From Ptychomitrium polyphyllum (taxonomy: Eukaryota): a DNA stretch of 64,000 nucleotides. The stretch is taken from positions 10,292,001-10,356,000 of the forward strand of contig OZ316776.1 of NCBI GenBank assembly GCA_973851085.1, given 5' to 3'. Position numbers and translations under genes: made by a program. The first letter of the stretch is position 1; each line of letters starts with the position of its first letter. Below are positions 1-14,120 of the stretch, in pieces. The notes below the pieces were generated by a model. It was not told where the DNA came from and ran no database searches. It saw only the letters and a list, made by a program, of their open reading frames with translations.

Positions 1-2300
1 TTTTGAGAATGGTGTTTAACCTAGGACATAGGATTTTTTTGAAGGGCTTTACTTTCCAACTACAATACTGATTTTTAAATAGTTTTCTGATTTTCTTACA
101 CTCTCAATTTTGTTTTGTTTTATTGTCTATGTCTTATGGCCAATTAGCATGGAAATTGCTAGTAAAAGTTACATGGATGAGAGTTGTAATCATGTATAAC
201 TAAAAAAAGTATAATTAGATTCATATATGATCACATTCGTTTTGAAAGTTTGAAAAGCTTTTGTTACAAAAAAACTAAGTTCACTTACAAAAGTATCAAG
301 TTAAATTGTATTTTAAAAGGGTGTGTTTAGAAGTTGATTTCTACAAATGGTATTCAAGATTAATTAATATTGGAGACATTTTAATGGTTTAAGATTTCTT
401 TACACAATTAGAATATTAAGTTTCCAACTAACAATTTTTCTTTGTAGTCTTAAAGAAACAAATATAAAAGCTTATGTATTTATCATGTTTTTAAACTTAC
501 ATTGAATTGCTTAAAAAATAATCTTTCATTTTTGATAAAACAAAAGTCCTCAAAATACATGAATATTGTTTATATTGATGGCATGAACACCTAAAATAAT
601 TTTTACATTCAAAAAAATGGAAAAATGAGACATATGCTCAATATGCTTTGATTTATGTGGAGATTTCAATTTGTTATAGAATAACACTCATAATCATCTA
701 CCATTGTGTAATGCTTACATTGAACTTCAATCATGTTCTCATTGTCCAACTTTGATATTTTTTAAATGTAATTTTTAAACATGGATATGTTTATATTAGA
801 AATCTATAAATTTAATTTATAATTCTATATTGCAAATTTTGAGAAATTTATGTTCATTTGGTTTTCTTAACAAACAATTTTATTTTTATACATTTTATGT
901 CATCATCTTGTGCCATCATTTTTATATATTACATATTCTATATGTATTCTATAATTGAACAATCAAGTAAACAAGACTAAAAAAAATTTATTCTTGGACA
1001 AGATTTTGGAATTTTACTTGAATTTTATTGTTGTTATATATTTGCTAAGGAAATATACATAAATATATATCTAAAAATTTAATTGGATAACTTTAAGGAT
1101 CTAAAATTTGAATAAAAAATCATAGATCTAAAAGAAAATTAAAAAAAGCATTGATACTATAAATGCTAAAGTTCAAAAAATATATTCAAAACAAATAATT
1201 CATTAATTTGATAGACAAATGTTTACCTTTTGAAGATTGTATTATAATTTTAAACATTTAAATGGATTATTTTAATTAGAAAATTGAAGCAATTTTTGAA
1301 TTGCAAAAATTGAATTGGAAGTATTTTACAAAATTACAAAAATATTATGTTTTGCAAAAAAAAAAAAACAAACCAAACAAATAAACAAATTAAATTAAAG
1401 AAAAACTTATTATTGGCAATTTGTGCTTGAAATTTGATTGACAACCAAAAAGCCCCTAACTCTAATGATAATTATCTATGAAAAGGTTATAATAATTAAT
1501 AAGCTATTTAAGCTACCATCAACAATACAAGCTTAACAAATTGTGTTATGCAATGTTTTTTGTATGTTGTTAAAATAAATATGGACAATTTGAATTATAT
1601 ATGATAATATCATTTCATTATACAAATAATATTTTATTTTCTTATTTCTAGCATTATTGTACATTACATGTGACCATTCTTATTTATTTAAGTATTATAT
1701 CATAAAGCAAATAAACGTATTTGCAAAATTTGTTCATCTATAGTTTTTTTGAATACATAGATTTGTAATTTGTTTGCAAAAGTAGTTTGAATCTTATATA
1801 TCATGAATTTTACTCATTTTGAAGAGGTCCAAAAAAATACACAAGATGAATGAATCATTAAATAATTTTGATTCCACCAAAATATACTATTAATTTTTGA
1901 ACTGTTTATATTGAGTACAATTCTTCTTGGTCCATATAATATGTTATGCATCTCAAATTTCATAAGACTAAACCTTTAATTTTATTAATTTCATGAATCT
2001 TCCAAATGAAGTATACCATGTTTTAAAAGTAATATCAACCAACTAATAATAGAAGGACCAAAAGGTGGGATAAGGCATTGACATATATGTTATGGTAAGG
2101 ATGACATGATAAGGTGAATGAATCTCATATTATTTGTACTAAATATTGGAACTTTAAAACAGAAATAAAAAATGTGGAAAGAAGGTTAAAAAAAGAAGAA
2201 GCATTATGGTAGGTGTGTCTTATATGATGATGGTATGTGTATAGTATACCGCGTTATAAGGTGAGAAGTTCAATAATTCATTTATTGAACACTGTGTACC
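1..2300. other. AT-rich, CpG-depleted intergenic block
   Basis: Visibly very AT-rich, only a handful of CG dinucleotides, no ORF of 60 aa or more. Confidence 0.7.
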
Positions 2301-3420
2301 AATTGGCACCAATTTTAGTATAGAAGTGGATTGTGTTTTTTGGCTTGTCATTTCACACCAAACCCGTTTTATTCATTCTAAGATTCATTCTAAGCAATGA
2401 CCAGTCATACCCACATGTTCTAGAAATGCATAGATATGCCTCTATCTAAATGATGCAAAACAGAAATCAAAGACATCAAATAACCTTCAAAATCATGCGA
2501 CATTCTCAAGGTGTATTAGTCATAATGTACATCTCTAGATACAATATGATACAGTACTATATGAGGCCAAGTGGAACTCCCATGGAACTAATAGCAGAGC
2601 GCCACAGACTATGTACTTTCTCTATATGTTTCCGAGCTTTATATTTCTTAGATTTGATGATGTGAAGTTGCAAAACTTCATGTTGACTGTGTAACATACA
2701 CAGGGGTGACTTTGCAAATATGAAATCATTTACATGCAGTCTCAGAATTCTATCATTTCCATTCGTCGCAGGTGGACCAGAGCCTACCATGCAGGGCTAA
2801 AGTTTCATGATCCTAGCAGGGTGTGCAACTGCCTAGATAGCAGAAGCTACAGTGCTGTTAATTATGCACTGAGCAACCGTAAAACTTTTAACTGGCAGCC
2901 AAAGGTTTCATGTATCAACTTGCAAGCTGCTAGCCTGGGACTGCTACATGAAACACTACTCTTCTGAACGAATGTTGATGAAACTTCGTGTGCCTGGTCT
3001 GTTTCATCCTGTATTGTTGTGGCAATGAGCTACTACAGCATGGCCGTTGGTTCTGGAAAACTTCAAGTGTAGGAGAAGTCAAGCCTCCAAATAATGCAAC
3101 ACAGGACCCGTCTGGAACACTTTTGTGCTGGCTGCAGTGGAGATGGCAGGGCATACTCCTGTTAGTCTACGCTGCCAATCAACTCGATTGTAGGGCTTCG
3201 TCACACATTCATTCAACTGGGTCGTGCATGAGTCTTTGTACAGAAACTCGCCCAGAAGAATAGTTTCGAGAGTAAGCCATGAGTCTGTTATTGATGATCT
3301 TTAAGGATCAATATCACCCATTGCTACCATTCTGAGATGCTGCATTATAGAAGTCTTTGATCACTTGTCTACTTAGCAAGGCCCAATGATCCAAGGGCCA
3401 GCCCACTCTACCAGGGGAGA

Positions 3421-3497
3421 TGGTGCCCTTTCCTGTTATATTCCATGGCAGTTGGTGCCCTTCCCTGCACTATTCCATTGCAGTTGGTGCCCTTTCC
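3421..3497. repeat. 32-bp tandem repeat, about 2.4 copies
   Basis: tggtgccctttcctgttatattccatggcagt / tggtgcccttccctgcactattccattgcagt / tggtgccctttcc. Confidence 0.8.
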
Positions 3498-3891
3498 AAA
3501 GAGGGAGGAAACTGATGCGGTTCTAATTTAATCTGTGCCCGCCCATTGGATGCTGTGTTCGTGGGATGAGGAGGGGAGTTCATAGCCAATGGCCCCATTT
3601 GAACTGGCTCATCTTTAAGCTCCCCTTGGACCCTAAAGGCAGCCTGAAAAAATAGATGAGTGCAATCAGGATAAGATATACTTCTGACTCTATCTCCAAC
3701 TTCCTTGCTTCTTGACAGATGGCAATTATAGGTGGTCTCTGTAGTTGATTGTGGGTGTTCAAGGAATTTTGTTTCACTGCAAGAATTCAGGATCTACACT
3801 GATTTTGTTGTCACTGAACCTTGAACACTGCTTAACCCCTGAATGCCTGTTTGGTTCAGAGTGGCCATTTCCGTACTGTATCAGTGAAATA

Positions 3892-3927
3892 AAAAGTAAT
3901 CTCAAAAGTAATCTCAAAAGTAATCTT
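3892..3927. repeat. 12-bp tandem repeat x3
   Basis: (aaaagtaatctc) x3, last copy ending in t. Confidence 0.8.
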
Positions 3928-5731
3928 AAAGGCCCTTAGAAGTTGACATGTATGGTTTTGGAACAAAGAAAATGAATTCCATGATAATAGCAATGTATCG
4001 TATTGCGGACGAGCTCAAAATTTTTCTTAAGGATTAAAAGAGATTACGGCAAAGTATCTTATCGTGGACAAGATGAATGGCCACTTTCAAAAAGCTACAT
4101 GTCCAATATCTTGAAGGACAATATCTTCTTGATCATTGCAAGGTCATATCTTTTTGCCACTTGCTCATTTTCTTCTAAGTTTTAATGGGGGTGTTCTAAA
4201 TTAGTATGAAATTAATTGCAAAAAAAACCAATTTTTTTTTCATTTGACTAATGATAGTAATGACCAATATTTGGAGTCAAATTTTATTAGAACTTTCCAT
4301 ACTTTAGCTATTTATGATTCTTTAAAAGGTTCAAAATTGTACGACAATAACTTTTTCATAGCAAAAGCTTTGAATCTTAGAGCTCATTATAGAAGAATAT
4401 TTGGTTTTTAAAAATTCTATTTTGACACCAATCATCATCTTTAGTAGTAAAATATCAGAGTTGATTATTTTTAAAATCCTCATAGGCTTTGGTTTTTTTA
4501 AGCATATTAAAGCTTTTGTTGCCTATCTTCAAATGCCTCGGAGTTATAAAGTCCTTTTAATAATAAACTTGCTTTGCCTTGAATATATGGGAGCGTATGG
4601 GAGATGTAATCTTTTGAACTTGGGACAATCAAGATTTTAGAATGGGGTTTTAATCATTGCTTTCAAGTTTCCCTTGAAGGTCAAAATTTAAGAGGTGGTT
4701 GAAGGGGGTTGAAGGTGGGGATGCTCTAAAGCCCAACAGCATTCCACCTTACCTTCAGATCCTCACGAGTAACACCTGTGGTCGGTTTTGAAGAACATAG
4801 TAGTGCCAACTGCCGAAAAGCATACTTGTGGTCATGTCATTCCCTCACACTTTTGCAGCTGCATCAAGTTTACACAAAGGTGCCATGATATTACCCCATT
4901 CTCCCCTTTAAACTGATCAATCAAGGAGCAGTTCCAATCATTCATGGGGTCACATTTTCGGCACTGCAACAATAAAATTTTCCAGAGTACATCATATAAA
5001 AATACTTTTAACCATCATTCACAACTGGACTGGGAATCCTTTAATGTCAACAAAGTACAACACCACTGGTCTGATCTGAGGGCCAAGCACACACAGAGGC
5101 TACAGTGCTGTGCAGTTCTACCAGCACTGCGCAGGGAAGTGAAGTGAAATCAAGGCACATGCCCACTTCCACATGTCCAATACATTACCCTCACATGACC
5201 ACCCACATTACCATAAAGGACCTCACACTCACTGAATTCCCCTAATTCACTCCAGGAACTTACCAGATGGCACTTTCCCAAGCACTAATTTTCAATTCTT
5301 CACCACAAGGTGAAACTGGCACCGCACCTTCCATGCAGCGCGCGTGGACCCCACGACGACGAAGGTACTTTATTAATGGATCCAAAAGCCGTCACTGTAC
5401 CCCGTAATCGACGACTTCTCTACCCTGTTACGTACATTTTGAATCTCGGCATCTATGAAGGGACGTAGATAATTTTGGGTATAGGGCAGTGACACGCTCT
5501 CAGTGTACCCCAAACCCGACAGAATCTACTCCATCGCGTAGATGCGACGACCATGATTGGTCCGTTCCGGGAACTGACGGATTTTTAGGCATAGGCCTCC
5601 CTTGGAACGCCGAGGAGCGCCCTCTTTAAACGATTTGTTTCTTTCGGTTTATTTTGGGAGGCTGGCTCCGAGAAGGAAGGGCTTCTCTTTTACGCCGGTG
5701 GGATTTCTTTCGTCGGCTGGTTGTTGTTGTG

Positions 5732-5738
5732 TATAAAA
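5732..5738 (+). promoter_or_regulatory. Putative TATA box of DPE2
   Basis: TATAAAA followed by a pyrimidine-rich CT tract typical of a plant 5' UTR, about 680 bp upstream of the ATG. Confidence 0.4.
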
Positions 5739-6416
5739 TCCTGGCGCCATGGCCGTGTATGCCTTCTGTCGTCCCTTGCTCGTCCTCCGACCTCTCGTGA
5801 GCGTTGCCGCTCCGCTCTGCTCTGCCTCCCACAGCCTCACTGTCGCACTTTTTTAGAGAGGCCGCGGCGGAGCATTTTTCTTCTTTTGTTTTATTTTAGT
5901 TTTTTTGTTGCTGTTGTTGCCGAGGTTGAAGAGCTTGTTGTTGCTCGGCGTTGTAACTGCCATATCAGTCCACTTGAAGAGCCACACCGCTCATTCTCGG
6001 TTTGCTTGCTTTCTTAGTTAAGTTACGGAGGATGCATTGATCTCTTCACGAATACGCATTGCCACTTAGAATTGGTCCTCATAGAGTTGGTACTCTGTTG
6101 GTGTTAATCGTTGAAAGAGTGCTGGAGAGCTTTTTTTCCTCTGCGTTTCGGCTGCGGGATTAGTGTATTTCGAGAGTTTCCTTTGACTTCTGCGGAGTTT
6201 CTGTATTGGTGGTGTGTTTTGCTGTGGAAGTGTCTAGTTGAGGGAGCGGAGAGATTGTGGTTGGTCTTTTGGTTGTTACCTTCGTGCTGTTCGCGCGGCG
6301 CTCTTTTAAGCGTTCGTCTGAGACACTGTTCGGTATTGGATTGAGTTTGTGGAATTGTAGTGCGCTTTGTCATTGTGAACCTCTGAATTGATTACTTGTT
6401 GGACGATTATTTGAAA

Positions 6417-9400
6417 ATGGGAAGTGGAGGGGACTTAGGACGCACGGGCAGCATGCGGCGGTTTAAGAGAGTGAATGTTCGGTTTAAACTTCCGTATACA
6501 ACGCACTGGGGCCAGAACCTCATGATTGTCGGATCCGACGCGCTTCTCGGCGCTTGGATTGTGGAGAAGGGTCAGAGTATGACGCCTCATCAGGAAGGCG
6601 GCTTTCTCGTTTGGCAGGTTTCGTTCTCGGTGCCAGAGCATTTTGAAACTGAATATAACTATCTTCTCGTGGACGATAGATTTCACGTGTTGAGACGAGA
6701 GTCTGGGGCCCCGCGGGTTCTGAAATTTCCCGACGGACTACCTAATGGAGGAACAGTTGAGGTCCATGATTTATGGCAGGTATTTACATGTACCTTTCAT
6801 TTTCCTGTTTTACACTATAGTCCTTCTCAATGTGACGAAGGAAGTAAGCAGCACGTGACTGTTCTTTCGCTATGTGTACTAATACAGAATTGTAGTTGTC
6901 TTAGTAGCTGATCTGTGAGTTTGAAGTCTTGAAACGTCTGCTTCAATCCAATAGCCGTGAGGGAGCACGTTTTAAGTGATTGAGTTGTTGAGAGAATGGA
7001 AGTGCGAACAATGTAGAAATACATCTCAGTCCATATTTCGTAACAGTTTATTATCGTTTCAGCTAACTTAACGTTAAGGATGGCAGATCGAATTGCAAAT
7101 AGTTTGTACAGCAACTATACACGACTTTGCGGAGTTTCATCTTGCTGATGGTTTAAGCGTCTTAGAGAGTCTGGATTCAATGCTTTTCCCTTTTACGAAA
7201 AAATGATTCAGATGGGAAATGTATTTGCCGGCAGTAACCTGTTTGCAATGTGTGTTATCGTAGGATTCTGCTGAGACGCTTTTGGCGAAAGACGCTTACA
7301 GAAAAGTACTTTTCGGAGAAGAGACATGTAAAACTGCTGAAGATGGAGTAATCAAGACCATTCCAAGCTTCCCTGCCATCCCTCTCAGTCTAGCAGGTTA
7401 GTGATAATGTGATGTGCAAGTTATTTTGGGGTTTACAGAGTGTTCTGCTTGCGCATTGTTAAGCTTTAGGATTTAGATTTACTGCAGGGAGAAAGACAGG
7501 AACGAGTCTACTTTCTTTGTTTTATATTGCGATTGTTGTAGTCAGAGCTTTATTGATCATGTTTCCAAATGTATACATGCAGAGTCTGTGGTGGTTCAAT
7601 TTAAGATAAAGTGCTCAGTTTTGGATCCCGATCAAGCGGTAAATTTTCGCGAAGCAAAGTAGTTTCATTGCTTGGCCGCTGTTATTTACTAGTATCCGTT
7701 GGTCTGTTTGCTTAGTTAATAGTCATCTTGAAGTTTCTATTGAGGAGCCAGTGAAACTAATCTATACGCGATGCTATCTCAGGTTTTTGTCATTGGCAGT
7801 TCTTCGGAGTTGGGTGAATGGAACAACACCGCCGCGGTTCCTCTATCTTATGAGGGCTGTCACAGTTGGCACTGTATGGTAATTATACCAAGAGACAACT
7901 TTCCTGTGTCGTACAAATATCTTTTGAAGAACAAAGGTGGGATTGTCACGATTGAAAATGGTGATGATCGAGTCCTATCATTTAGTCCGACGACTAAGAA
8001 ACCCAGCTCTATGATAATTGCAGCTGATGGGAGCTTCAGGGTATGTACATCTCACCTTTTCGTTAAAAAACTTGTTTATTTATTCCAAGTCCCAACTATG
8101 AGTGAAATTTTGTTTGCGATGATATCGAATTGCTTTTCAATACTTTATATTTGGAGGTTTATCTACGAAACTTATTTTCTTATGCCAAGTGCTAAATGGA
8201 CATGTGATAACCTTTTGGATGTGTATTTCACAGACTCAACCATGGAGAGGCGCAGGTGTTGCAGTACCCGTGTTTTCTGTTCGATCAACAGAAAGTGTGG
8301 GTGCGGGAGAGTTTCTGGATCTGAAACTTCTGGTTGATATGGCAGCTAAGACAGGAATGCGGCTTGTTCAGTTATTGCCCGTAAATGATACTTCTGTGAA
8401 TATGATGTGGTGGGACTCGTACCCGTACAGGTATTTCAGAACTTCTTTGACCAAATCCAGTGTTTATCGCATTGCCCTTTATCCCAACTAGTCAACTATT
8501 AAAAAATTTGTACATCTTGCTTTATTCAGGCACTCAGCTCTAAAACCTTTATTAATTCGTGTACTTAGTAGTCCTGGTAGAATGTTTTAGGGGGAGCAGT
8601 TTTTTTCCTGATGTGTTTTTGATTGGAGAGGGTGATAGTTCTTCGACTGATGTTTTTCTGGATTTAACTTAAGCTTGACTAAGCAAATGTGACTAAAAGC
8701 TCTTGGTGTGCTTCATCTGTGCAGTTCATTGTCTGTGTTTGCATTGCACCCACTGTACCTTCGGATCCAAGCTCTTTCAAACAAGCTTCCGAATGATATT
8801 AAGGTACATCTAGCGGATCAGTTGTGTAGACTTGAATCACCTCCAGAAGAGTATTGATGAGGTTCATTAATCATAAACGACTTTCGAAGCATTGTGTATA
8901 TGATATGCAATTTAAAGTTATTGTTAATTTTCAGTGTTATTTTATTTGCAGTTGGACATTGAGAACACTAGGAAGCAATTGGATTTGAAGGAAGTTGATT
9001 ACGAGGCAACTATGGCTGCAAAGATTTCCATTGCAAAGAGAATTTATCGTCTTGACAAAAATCAAGTATTCAGCTCAGCACCATTCAAGAAATATTTTGA
9101 GGAAAATAAGGTGAGTTTGTTTATTTGAATCCTCTTTCCTGAATTTTATTTGATCTATTGCTTAGATGCTCTAGGTTTTGTTTAACGTTGAGTTACTTAA
9201 TGATGAATGTGGTATCGCTTGTGTAGGATTGGCTACGACCTTATGCTGCATTCTGCTTTCTGCGCGACCTTTTTGGCACCGCAGATCATTCTCAGTGGGG
9301 TTTGTTTGCTGAATTCACACCTGAGAAGGTAATGTTGTTAACTATTTTATTGCCTACACTTCATTCGAAGACTAGTGAATTCATACTTTTCAATCGTTGA

Positions 9401-12089
9401 GTTCTTTGTGTATAATATTATACTGTAATGTATAGTGGCTCTGTTCTGAAGTGGCACTCTGGTTGTTGGTTCACAGTTGGAAAAGCTTGTCTCACCTAAA
9501 GGGGATCATCATGAGGCTGTGGGCTTCAGTTATTATCTCCAGTTTCACCTCCATTCACAATTGACAGCAGTGCGAGACTATGCCATGAAAAAGCATGTTG
9601 TGCTCAAAGGGGATTTGCCCATCGGTGTCGATCGGAATAGTGTTGATACATGGCAATTTCCCACTCTTTTCCGCATGACTGCATCTACTGGTGCTCCACC
9701 CGATTATTTCGATATGAATGGACAAAACTGGGGATTTCCGACCTATATTTGGGAGGAAATGGCCAAAGATAATTATGGCTGGTGGAGAGCTCGATTATCT
9801 CAGGTTAGACTGATATATAAGTTCAGTCCAAGCAGATATACTGCAGTACTTAATGTGTGTTTTCTCATGCAGTTATGAAGTCTTTTTATTTTCTTCAGTC
9901 TACCAGTACTGAAATGTGTTGTTTTTTCCCCAGCTGGCGAAGTACTTCAGTGCATACAGGATTGACCATGTTTTAGGGTTTTTCCGTATTTGGGAGATGC
10001 CTGATCATGCTGTGACGGGGCTTATGGGAAGATTCAGGCCATCAATTCCCCTTAGCACTGTAAGTTGTCGCCGTCTGTAGTGATGATGATGTTGGATCTG
10101 CAAATTCACTGTGTGGTTGGCCTTTGATAATCTTAACAAGGAGGAACCTTGCGCGCTGTGGGAACATGTGTATGACAGCTGATCACGGTTTTTTGAATCA
10201 CGCAGGAGGAGTTGGAAAGAGAAGGAATCTGGGATTTCCAGCGGTTGAGTACACCATATGTCCGCTGTCATCTTCTTATTAAAAAATTTGGTGATAGATG
10301 GACTGAAATTGCTGACAAGTATTTTGACGAGTACGAGCATTTATGCTATAAATTCAAAGAGAAATATAATACTGAGAAAAAAATTGTTGTTGCAACGACG
10401 TTGGAAGATGATGCTCCTGAGTCTGCTGTTCAAGAAGCAGAAGCGTACCAAGCGCGACTTTTTGATCTCTTGCATGTATGATTATTTCTTCCAAAGTTCT
10501 ATCTTTTGATTAAAGCCCTAAACCATGTTTCCTCGGGTCTACTCGATAAACATTCAAGCAGTGGAATTAAAATGCTTAGTGGCCAAACGACTACAGATCC
10601 TCTAAAATCGTTCCATGGTGTACGTCTTTGCAGGAAGTTCTCCTTATGCGAGGTACTGAGGATCCGACAAAGTTTTACCCTCGTTTCGCCCTTGACCAGA
10701 CAGCCAGTTTCGACGAGCTGGATGATCACAGGTATGATTTTTGGGTCTGAATTTATTGTTGGTAAAGTTGATTGCCATATGTATGTCAATGAACAATATT
10801 TGTTTATTGTGGGAACAACAGACGCGGAAAATTTGAGTATGTTGTCATTTTTATCCGACTTAACTCTAATGTTTTACATTTCAGCAAGAACATCTTGAGG
10901 AGTAAGTACGACGATTACTTTTTTCACCGCCAGGAGCAATTATGGCGTGACAATGCACTTAAGACATTGCCTGCTTTACTGAATTCCTCTGATATGCTAT
11001 GCTGTGGAGAAGACCTTGGGATGGTTCCAGCTTGTGTGCAACCAGTGAGTGCCTGGTCAACCTTCATTTGGGGGTTAGCGGCTTTGACCGCCGTTAGGGT
11101 CTCATTGGATTGGGGTGTTCAAACTTTATTACTTGATATCATAATGCTGTAGAGTTGTTGCTAACATGTGCATTTCTTGAAATAGGTCTTGAATGAGCTT
11201 GGACTCTTGGGTCTAAGAATTCAGCGTATGCCTAGTGCTCCTGGACAAGAGTTCGGCAATCCAGCCGAATACGAATATATGACAGTTTGCGCCCCATCTT
11301 GTCATGATTCTTCCACTATGCGGGCATGGTGGGAAGAGGATGTGGATAGGAGGGAACGGTTCTTCAAGAACATGTTCGGCTTTAACGATCTTCCACCTGA
11401 AACCTGTGATCCTCGTGTGTCCCGTCTTATTCTGGAGCAACACCTTGAATCTCCATCAATGTGGGCAATATTCCCCCTTCAAGATCTTATGGCACTGAAG
11501 GACGACTATGCCAAGAGACCTGCAAACGAAGAGACCATCAACGACCCCACCAATCCCAGACACTATTGGCGTTTCAGTAAGTCCTCGCTTCTTAGCGCGA
11601 CCTACCTGGCTTAGCCTGGTGATGTTTCAGGAATTGATATCATCCAGAAAATGGAATTCTTCGTCTTTTGAGTGAACCTTAGTCCGAAATTCTCAGTTTT
11701 ATCCATAATCTAAACAACGCTTTCCAGTATTTGATATTTACTTCAATTAACTGAATTCTCCTTGTCTGGTTACAGGAGTTCATGTTCCTATGGAAACACT
11801 ATTGAGTGACGATGATTTCATTGGTACTATACGTGACCTTGTAGTAAGCGGCGATCGAGCTAGTACCAGTGGTTTGGAACAAGGCAATAGTTCCACGACG
11901 GATTCCGGAACTGGTCCAGCAGTGAAAGTTCACGAAGTAAGGCAACCAGTAAACAGAACTATTTCAGGAAAGGTACTGGATGAGAAGAAGTCTGCATTGG
12001 AGAGATCTGTGTCAGGTAGAGTATTGGATGACAAGAAGCACGTAGTGGAAATTGGACATAGAACTCGATCGCTTGTCTCAGCTGTGTAG
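6417..12089 (+). CDS. DPE2: 4-alpha-glucanotransferase / disproportionating enzyme 2 (two CBM20 domains + GH77), multi-exon
   Basis: Spliced manually: exon 1 6417-6779 (CBM20, FKLPYTTHWGQNLMIVGS), exons 7264-7396 and 7583-7638, exon 7783-8040 (second CBM20, VFVIGSSSELGEWN). GH77 motifs follow: WRGAGVAVPVFS, LVQLLPVNDT, LKGDLPIGVDRNSVDTW, GAPPDYF..GQNWGFPTY, YRIDHVLGFFRIW, CGEDLG, SCHD. Stop TAG at 12087-12089. Confidence 0.95.
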
Positions 12090-13863
12090 TCTATTCTTCA
12101 GGACAAGTCGCAGGTAGACATTCATTGAAAGGACTGGGTACATTGCCCATTCAACATCTACCACAGAGGTCCAATATATTAGATTTACTGTTACTCTAGA
12201 GTAGGAAATCAAGGATCCCCTAGTTTGAGTCACATTGAAGGGGACCATGAAAAGGTCACTTTTGCTGCCTCTATACTCCGAACTTAGCACAACAGCAACG
12301 ATGCGTTAAGGAGTCTCTCCACGTACACATATGTAGGTAGAAACTGTAGGAATTCAAATCTAGCGGTAGGAACAAACGCTGTGTTCATGAACCAATTTTT
12401 GTTTCTCTTTGACTATTGACAATATTATACATCTCGGTGGAACTAAATTTCCTCGTATCCCATGTGCGTTCCTTTTGGTGTGACAGTCATGTGACTCATC
12501 TCTGAATTCTGTGGAATAGTGTGAAGCTTGATGAATACATCGACTTTGTCATGAAGTAAAGCCTAGCAAGAGCTTTCTTCTGAGGAGGAAGCGATTGTTG
12601 CTCCTACTAGGCAACGCACCCTTGAGAGATGGAACAAAAGTGGATGAAGTAAAGAAGTAAGGAAGTCGAATGATAGTGGGAGAAGGCTACATCCTATGTA
12701 GGAAAGGCCACTGTGGCATCCTCCCGGCGACGGTTTCCAGCGTGATGCACTCGCGGTCTACCTTCCCCACTGCCTCGGAGAGTTTGTAAGCTCTGAGATT
12801 GAAATAAGGTTTGAGTTGGGAGGAAAATGTTGTTGGTTGAGAGCACCGTCGATGTAGCTGCGATGTCCATGTACATCATCGTAGCAATTGCTGTGAGGAC
12901 AACATTAGAAAGATTTCAAGGCATGGATAGAGCATTCTAAGGATCATTGGATATATTCCAGCCACATAGACATATGTTGCTAATGTGAGACGACGTCACG
13001 TCATGGCCACGGGCATGAGTATGCAAATGGCATCATATGAGGGTCAATTTTAACATTAATTAAGGGTGAAAGTTGTTAAAAAGAACAATTATCAATAATA
13101 AGAGGTACATATGGAATAATATAACAACTGAATTTTTTTTGCATTAGTGACTATATTATTGAAAAAATACTTATCAATAATGCTTTGGTGAGTGCATTGA
13201 ATTTGAAGTTTTGCTATATACTTGAAAATTCAACTTATGGAAGTGGTTGCATCAATTTCATTTGAAAAATAATCTTTTCATTAGTTGGCATTATAATACT
13301 CACAACTCATGCACTTACTACAATAGTTCATTTGTGTTGTCCAATAATCATCAACACTTTCTCATTATTGTATTATGGAAACAGTCAAAGAGAAGGAATA
13401 TTATAGAGTGTGATACAACAAAGAGGGAGCATTTAAGAGCCTTAGTATAGTTTATGCTAATAAAAAAAATTACATGAAAAATCCCAAATCCTAATCCGAA
13501 ATTTAATCATTTTCATGTAATTGCACATGTAAATTATTACTTGTATACTAATCAAAATATCATATTAGTAGAAAGAACAAAAATAACATTTATCAAAAGT
13601 GGATTTTCAAAAGAGAAAACATAGATTCTTTTAAGTTGTCTAACATTCAACATAGAACATTTGCATTTAACATAGAACATTTACAAGTGTATTTTTTTTG
13701 AGAGTGCCAAAAAGAGAACAATTAAGGTATTAGCATTATTAAAAAGATAGCCTCTAAAGAGGATAGTAAAGGTAGGGAGAGTAGTAAGGGTAGGAAGGGT
13801 AGGAAGCGTAATAAGGTTAGTAAGGGTGGCAACGGCTGCTGCGCACCTCGTCCAGAAGTGACA

Positions 13864-13887
13864 ACCGGGTCACCGGGTCACCGGGTC
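13864..13887. repeat. 8-bp tandem repeat x3 in the EDA promoter
   Basis: (accgggtc) x3, preceded by degenerate tagtaaggg/taggaaggg units at about 13763-13828. Confidence 0.75.
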
Positions 13888-14120
13888 AGAAGGATAAAAG
13901 CAAGGACGAGGGTGCCGGAGGCAATGATTCCTCGCAACAGCGACCCGAATGCCGATGCACAAGGATTGCGAGCCTCATGGACAACGGGCGGATCTTGCAG
14001 CCTCTTCGGGAAGGTCATGGCTTGCTGCGTGGATATGCTTCGTTTGTGTCTGCTGGCACGGGCTTGTTTCTTCGCGAGTCGGAAACTCCGAATCTGAAGC
14101 GGCCAATTGAGTTGGTGTCC

